Shown piece by piece: positions 60,005 to 64,000 of a DNA stretch of 64,000 nt. The notes under the pieces were generated by a model. It saw nothing but the letters and a program-made list of their open reading frames with translations. It did no database searches and had not been told where the DNA came from. Origin of the DNA: Terriglobia bacterium (GTDB taxonomy: Bacteria; Acidobacteriota; Terriglobia; Acidiferrales; UBA7541); the NCBI GenBank assembly GCA_041480265.1, contig JBGOZP010000009.1:20952-84951 (forward strand). Direction: 5' to 3'. Each line of letters starts with the position of its first letter. Position 1 is the stretch's first letter. The position numbers were made by a program, and so were the translations under genes.

Positions 60005-60064
60005 TGGCTGGCTCCACGCCCCGGCCAAGCCGGGGCGTTCAGTGTAAAAGTGGAGCCCGCTCCC
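60005..60064. repeat. REP-like long form, CCCCGG-inner-hairpin subtype
   Basis: ggctccacgccccggccaagccggggcgttcagtgtaaaagtggagccc. It is the exact reverse complement of the 62.47-kb copy core. Confidence 0.8.
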
Positions 60065-60083
60065 GGCGCGCGAAGGAACAACC

Positions 60084-61028
60084 TTGACCGACGACAAGTT
60101 TAAAATTTTTTGCGGCAGCGCGAATCCGCGCCTCGCGGAGGATATTGGCCGCCACCTGGATGTGAAACCGGGCCTGGCCAAGCTCGGCAAGTTCAGCGAC
60201 GGCGAGATTTATTTTCAGATTCTGGAAAACGTGCGCGGCGCGGACGTCTTCGTCGTGCAGCCCGGCTCGAACCCGGCGGATTTTCACCTGATGGAATTGT
60301 TGATGATGATTGACGCCTTCAAGCGCGCTTCGGCCTGGCGGATTACCGCCGTGATGCCGTACTACTGCTATGCGCGCCAGGACCGCAAGGACAAGCCGCG
60401 TGTGCCGATTTCCGCGAAGCTGGTCGCCGATCTGCTGGAGACCGCCGGGGCGAGCCGGGCCTTGACGCTCGATTTGCACGCGCCGCAGATTCAGGGTTAC
60501 TTCAATGTCCCTGTGGATCACCTGTATGCGTCGCCGGTCCTGATCGATTATTTCAGGCAAAAGCAGTTGGGCAATATCACCGTGGTTTCTCCCGATGCCG
60601 GAGGGGTCGAACGGGCGCGCGCCTTTGCGAAAAAACTCGACTCGCCGCTGGCGATTGTGGATAAGCGCCGCGTGGACATCGACGTCAGCGAAGTGATGCA
60701 CCTGATCGGCGACGTGCGCGGCCGCGCCACGCTGATTATTGACGACATTATTGACACCGCGGGCACGCTGGTAAAGACCGCGGAAGCCCTGGTGAAAGAG
60801 GGCGCGACAAAAGTGTACGCGGCCTGCACCCACGCGGTTCTTTCCGGGCCGGCGGTCGAGCGCATCTGCGCCTCGTCCATCGAAGAAGTGGTCGTCACCG
60901 ATTCCGTGCCGCTCACCGAAGCGGCCAAGAAAGTTTCGCGCATCAAGGTCCTGAGCGTCGCCGGGCTGCTTGCCCGGGGCATTCATTCGATCCACGAAGA
61001 GAGTTCGATCAGCGAATTATTTTTCTGA
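60084..61028 (+). CDS. prs: ribose-phosphate pyrophosphokinase
   Basis: FCGSANPRLAEDI...FSDGEIYFQILENVRGADVFVVQP...DLHAPQIQGYF...IIDDIIDTAGTL. TTG start with a gaagga RBS. Confidence 0.95.
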   Translation: MTDDKFKIFCGSANPRLAEDIGRHLDVKPGLAKLGKFSDGEIYFQILENVRGADVFVVQPGSNPADFHLMELLMMIDAFKRASAWRITAVMPYYCYARQDRKDKPRVPISAKLVADLLETAGASRALTLDLHAPQIQGYFNVPVDHLYASPVLIDYFRQKQLGNITVVSPDAGGVERARAFAKKLDSPLAIVDKRRVDIDVSEVMHLIGDVRGRATLIIDDIIDTAGTLVKTAEALVKEGATKVYAACTHAVLSGPAVERICASSIEEVVVTDSVPLTEAAKKVSRIKVLSVAGLLARGIHSIHEESSISELFF

Positions 61029-61095
61029 CGGCCCGCGCCGACAACGCAACCCGCGTTCCGCCGATGGCCTGTGCTTATGAAACGAGGAAGGACTT

Positions 61096-61797
61096 ATGGA
61101 ACAGATCATTGTTGAAGCAGCCCCGCGTGAAACGCGGGGCAAAAACGCCGCGCGGCGCGTCCGCGCCACCGGACAGCTCCCGGCGGTCCTGTACGGCGGC
61201 AAGGGCGGGTCGCAGGCGCTCGAGGTCAATGCCAAGCAGGTGACCGCGATTCTACGGTCCGCCTCGGGCCACAACACCATTTTCAAGGTCAAGATCAACA
61301 GCGTCGAGGAAACGGCCATCGTGAAGGACTGGCTGGTGGACCCGGTCAAGGGCCATCTCCTGCACGTGGACTTGCTGCGCATTGCCATGGACGTGCGCAT
61401 GCGCGCCAAAGTGCCGGTGCACACGTTCGGTGAAGCGCAGGGCGTCAAGCTCCAGGGCGGCATCTTCGAAATGGTCACCCGCGAAGTCGAAATTGAGTGC
61501 TTGCCCAGCGATATCCCGACCGAGTTCCGCATGGATATTTCCGAATTGATGATCGGCATGCAGCTCCGGGCATCCGATGTGAAGGTCGATCCGGAAAAGA
61601 TAAAGATGCTCACCGACCCGCTGCGCGTGCTCGCGCACGTCGTCGCACTGCGCGTTGAGGAAGAGAAGCCCGCCGAGGCCGTAGCCGCCGAGGCCGCTGC
61701 GCCAGCCGAGCCCGAAGTCATCAAGAAGGGCAAGAAGGAAGTCGAAGGAGAAGAAGGCGAAGAGGCTCCGGCTGCCGAGAAGGAAAAGAAGAAGTAA
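61096..61797 (+). CDS. rplY: 50S ribosomal protein L25/Ctc with acidic-lysine C-terminal tail
   Basis: AAPRETRGKNAARRVRATGQLPAVLYG... Confidence 0.9.
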   Translation: MEQIIVEAAPRETRGKNAARRVRATGQLPAVLYGGKGGSQALEVNAKQVTAILRSASGHNTIFKVKINSVEETAIVKDWLVDPVKGHLLHVDLLRIAMDVRMRAKVPVHTFGEAQGVKLQGGIFEMVTREVEIECLPSDIPTEFRMDISELMIGMQLRASDVKVDPEKIKMLTDPLRVLAHVVALRVEEEKPAEAVAAEAAAPAEPEVIKKGKKEVEGEEGEEAPAAEKEKKK

Positions 61798-61860
61798 CGT
61801 GCGCCGCCCCGGCGTGGCCGCTGGTTGCCGCGCCGCGCGCGCCGCGCGATGAGCATGGGC

Positions 61861-62457
61861 ATGCGCCTGATCGTCGGCTTGGGCAATCCGGGCATCGAAT
61901 ATGCCTGGACGCCGCACAACCTGGGTTTCCTCGTCGTGGACAAGCTGGCCGAGCAGGCCGGCATCCGCGTAACGCGGCCCGAGGCGAAATCGTTTGTGGG
62001 ACTGGGAAAGATCGCGGGGCACGAAGTGGTGCTCGCCAAGCCGCAGACGATGATGAATTTGAGCGGACTTGCGGTGCGCGAACTGCTGGGGCGCGCCGAG
62101 TGCGAGCCTTCCGGCGTGATCGTGATTTGCGACGATATCGCGCTGCCTTGGGGCATGCTTCGCGTCCGTGAACGCGGCTCGGCCGGAGGCCATAACGGAT
62201 TGAAGTCCGTGATTGGCGCGCTCGGCACGATGGAGTTTCCGCGCGTCCGGCTGGGCGTACAGCCCGAACAGTTCCGGGGCGATTTGAAGGAATACGTGCT
62301 TCGCCAGATTCGGCGCGACGAAGAAGACTTGGTCGCCGAGGAAATCGAACAGGGTGCCGAAGCCGTGAAACTGATTGTGGCGGAAGGGATCGGGCCCGCA
62401 ATGAATCGCTTTAATCGCCGCGTGCCGCCGCCCGGTGAAGAGGAAGCGGCGGAGTAA
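61861..62457 (+). CDS. pth: peptidyl-tRNA hydrolase
   Basis: MRLIVGLGNPGIEYAWTPHNLGF...GGHNGLKS. Start trimmed to in-frame ATG 61861. Confidence 0.9.
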   Translation: MRLIVGLGNPGIEYAWTPHNLGFLVVDKLAEQAGIRVTRPEAKSFVGLGKIAGHEVVLAKPQTMMNLSGLAVRELLGRAECEPSGVIVICDDIALPWGMLRVRERGSAGGHNGLKSVIGALGTMEFPRVRLGVQPEQFRGDLKEYVLRQIRRDEEDLVAEEIEQGAEAVKLIVAEGIGPAMNRFNRRVPPPGEEEAAE

Positions 62458-62461
62458 GAAC

Positions 62462-62558
62462 GGGAGTGGGCTCCACTTTTACACTGAACGCCCCGGCTTG
62501 GCCGGGGCGTGGAGCCCACCGGAATACGGGAGTGGGCTCTACTTGGAGCCCACCGGAA
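62462..62558. repeat. REP-like long (62462-62524) + short (62528-62558) pair
   Basis: gggagtgggctccacttttacactgaacgccccggcttggccggggcgtggagcccaccggaa, then gggagtgggctctacttggagcccaccggaa. Confidence 0.8.
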
Positions 62559-62605
62559 TAACAGATTTCGAGCAATTAAAGTTTGAGAAACGGAGTCAAC
62601 CCATC

Positions 62606-63028
62606 ATGGAAGAGCGCTTGTACGACCTGATTTTTATCTGCCGTCCGGCCACGCCGGAGGATGAAATCGCCAAGATCATCGCCACGATTGAGCATTCCGC
62701 CACCGAACACGGCGGCAAAGTCGAGAAAACCGAGAAGTGGGGCACGCGCCGGCTAGCCTATCGCGTATCGAAACACCGCGAGGGTTTCTTCGTCTACATG
62801 GTCCTGCGCAGCGCGCAGGCAGACATCATCAAGGAACTCGAGCGGCGCCTGAAAGTCTCCGATGCCGTCATCAAGTATCAGACGGTTCGTCTCGACGAAG
62901 ACCTGAAGCGCCAGAAGAAGCTGGTGCATCATCGCGAGCGCCGCGCCAGCCGCCGTCCGCGCAAGCCGGCGGCGCCGGCTCCCCAGCAGCAGGTTCCGCC
63001 CGCCGCCGAACAGACGGCGGCCAGCTAA
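62606..63028 (+). CDS. rpsF: 30S ribosomal protein S6 with basic/Pro-rich C-terminal tail
   Basis: In-frame ATG 62606. MEERLYDLIFICRP...KWGTRRLAYRV. Confidence 0.9.
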   Translation: MEERLYDLIFICRPATPEDEIAKIIATIEHSATEHGGKVEKTEKWGTRRLAYRVSKHREGFFVYMVLRSAQADIIKELERRLKVSDAVIKYQTVRLDEDLKRQKKLVHHRERRASRRPRKPAAPAPQQQVPPAAEQTAAS

Positions 63029-63029
63029 C

Positions 63030-63151
63030 GGGCGCGGGCTCTACTTGGAGCCCGCTTAGAAAATAATGCGGGCTCTACTTGGAGCCCGCTTAGAAAATAA
63101 TGCGGGCTCTACTTTTACGCTGAATGCATCAAGTGAAGCGTGGATTCCGCC
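63030..63151. repeat. three tandem REP-like copies (short, short, long)
   Basis: gcgggctctacttggagcccgcttagaaaataat occurs twice, then gcgggctctacttttacgctgaatgcatcaagtgaagcgtggattccgcc. Confidence 0.8.
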
Positions 63152-63184
63152 TGAAGAACGATTTCCGAAGGGAAAGGAAACACG

Positions 63185-63652
63185 ATGTCAGATGAGCCGA
63201 TAAAAGCATCACCAGAAACGCCCGCTGCCACGCCAGCTCCGAGCGTGCCGCGCGCAGAGGGACCCTCCAGTGGAGGCGCCCACCGCTCCGAAGTGCGTTC
63301 CGGAGGGGGCGCGCCACGCCGTGAAGGTTACTCCGGTGGCGGAGGAGGAGGCCAGCGCCGCGAAGGTGGCGGTCCCGGTGGCCCGGGTGGAGGATCTGGC
63401 GGCCCTGGCGGCCCGCGCCGCGGCGGCAAGCGCCAGTATTTCCGCAAGAAGAAGGTCTGCCGCTTCTGCGTCGAGCGCGTCGACTTCATTGACTACAAGA
63501 AGGTCGAGATGCTCCAGCCATTCGTGCAGGAGCGCGGCAAAATTCTGCCGCGCCGCATGACGGGCACCTGCTCGCGTCACCAGCGCTGGCTGGGGGAAGC
63601 CATCAAGCGGGCGCGCAACATCGCGCTGCTGCCCTTCGCCACTGAGCTGTAG
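63185..63652 (+). CDS. rpsR: 30S ribosomal protein S18 with about 80-aa Gly/Arg/Pro-rich N-terminal extension
   Basis: Core [51 protein letters not shown]-terminus [43 protein letters not shown]. Confidence 0.85.
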   Translation: MSDEPIKASPETPAATPAPSVPRAEGPSSGGAHRSEVRSGGGAPRREGYSGGGGGGQRREGGGPGGPGGGSGGPGGPRRGGKRQYFRKKKVCRFCVERVDFIDYKKVEMLQPFVQERGKILPRRMTGTCSRHQRWLGEAIKRARNIALLPFATEL

Positions 63653-63764
63653 AGGACACAAAGGGCGCAGAGTCAAAGAAAGAGAAGGAAAATCACAGCT
63701 TCTGAAACAGGCGAATCAGTTTCTTGGTTTTCTCTGTGTTCTCTGTGCCTTCTGTGTTGAAATC
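63652..63764. repeat. CTCTGTG heptad family, open form
   Basis: gaggacacaaagggcgcagagtc ... about 50-nt spacer ... ttttctctgtgttctctgtgccttctgtgttgaaatc. Confidence 0.6.
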
Positions 63765-63829
63765 CTGGTTTGGTGAAATCAATACGACGACGAGATTGCG
63801 CAATACGTTCCAGATGGAAACGAGACGAA

Positions 63830-63861
63830 GGGGAGCGGGCTCCACTGGGAACCCGCCAAAG
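63830..63861. repeat. degenerate short REP-like hairpin
   Basis: ggggagcgggctccactgggaacccgccaaag, immediately upstream of the rplI RBS. Confidence 0.55.
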
Positions 63862-63872
63862 TAGAGGAAGCC

Positions 63873-64000
63873 ATGCAAATTATATTGCAGGAAGACGTCG
63901 AAAAACTCGGAACGCGGGGCGAGGTTGTGGAAGTCGCCGCGGGCTACGCGCGCAACTATCTGCTACCGCACAAGCTCGCGCTCGAAGCTTCGCCCGCAAA
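63873..64000 (+). CDS. rplI: 50S ribosomal protein L9, N-terminal part (runs off the right edge)
   Basis: Manual translation from ATG 63873: [36 protein letters not shown]. gaggaag RBS. Confidence 0.85.
   Translation, partial: MQIILQEDVEKLGTRGEVVEVAAGYARNYLLPHKLALEASPA

Overview
This is a high-G+C bacterial chromosomal window, densely packed on both strands with housekeeping genes. The gene mix and repeat style suggest an Acidobacteriota-like organism (LpxI-LpxA-FabZ, futalosine-type menaquinone genes, many secreted TPR/peptidase proteins), but that is a low-confidence guess made without any database search.

Recognisable blocks, in order:
- lpxI-lpxA-fabZ
- three peptidases (M20, TPR/MA-like, M1-like)
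- a visibly lower-G+C patch at about 7.5-10.8 kb with two secreted hypotheticals and an orphan Cas4-like PD-(D/E)XK nuclease
- trpD, sucCD, ndk, xseA, lepA
- a TPR-GAF protein with a degenerate GGDEF domain
- a crotonase, ribH-nusB
- a mannose-activation operon (aminotransferase, PMI, GDP-mannose pyrophosphorylase, PMM), then coaD
- a complete ISC Fe-S operon (iscR-iscS-iscU-iscA-hscB-hscA-fdx-iscX)
- rplU-rpmA, then obg-nadD-rsfS-(sensor-less sigma54 activator)-rlmH
- a TPM-nucleotidyltransferase-LemA cluster
- a GT2 synthase and GT-C membrane protein pair
- futalosine-pathway-type genes (Mqn radical SAM, UbiA, UbiX)
- purH, ispE, prs-rplY-pth and rpsF-rpsR-rplI

I recognised no rRNA, tRNA, CRISPR array, transposase, integrase or phage gene, and no convincing multi-gene defence or otherwise novel protein system.

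The most unusual content is non-coding. At least four families of structured intergenic repeats saturate gene junctions, especially in the ISC and ribosomal-protein operons:
- a nested-hairpin REP-like family
- two or three families whose arms are built from tandem 7-nt units
- a roughly 75-nt element with TGTAGCGCC inverted termini
- a 122-bp MITE-like element

All protein calls rest on motif recognition in the supplied translations and on synteny. Repeat coordinates were counted by hand and are good to about +/-3 nt.
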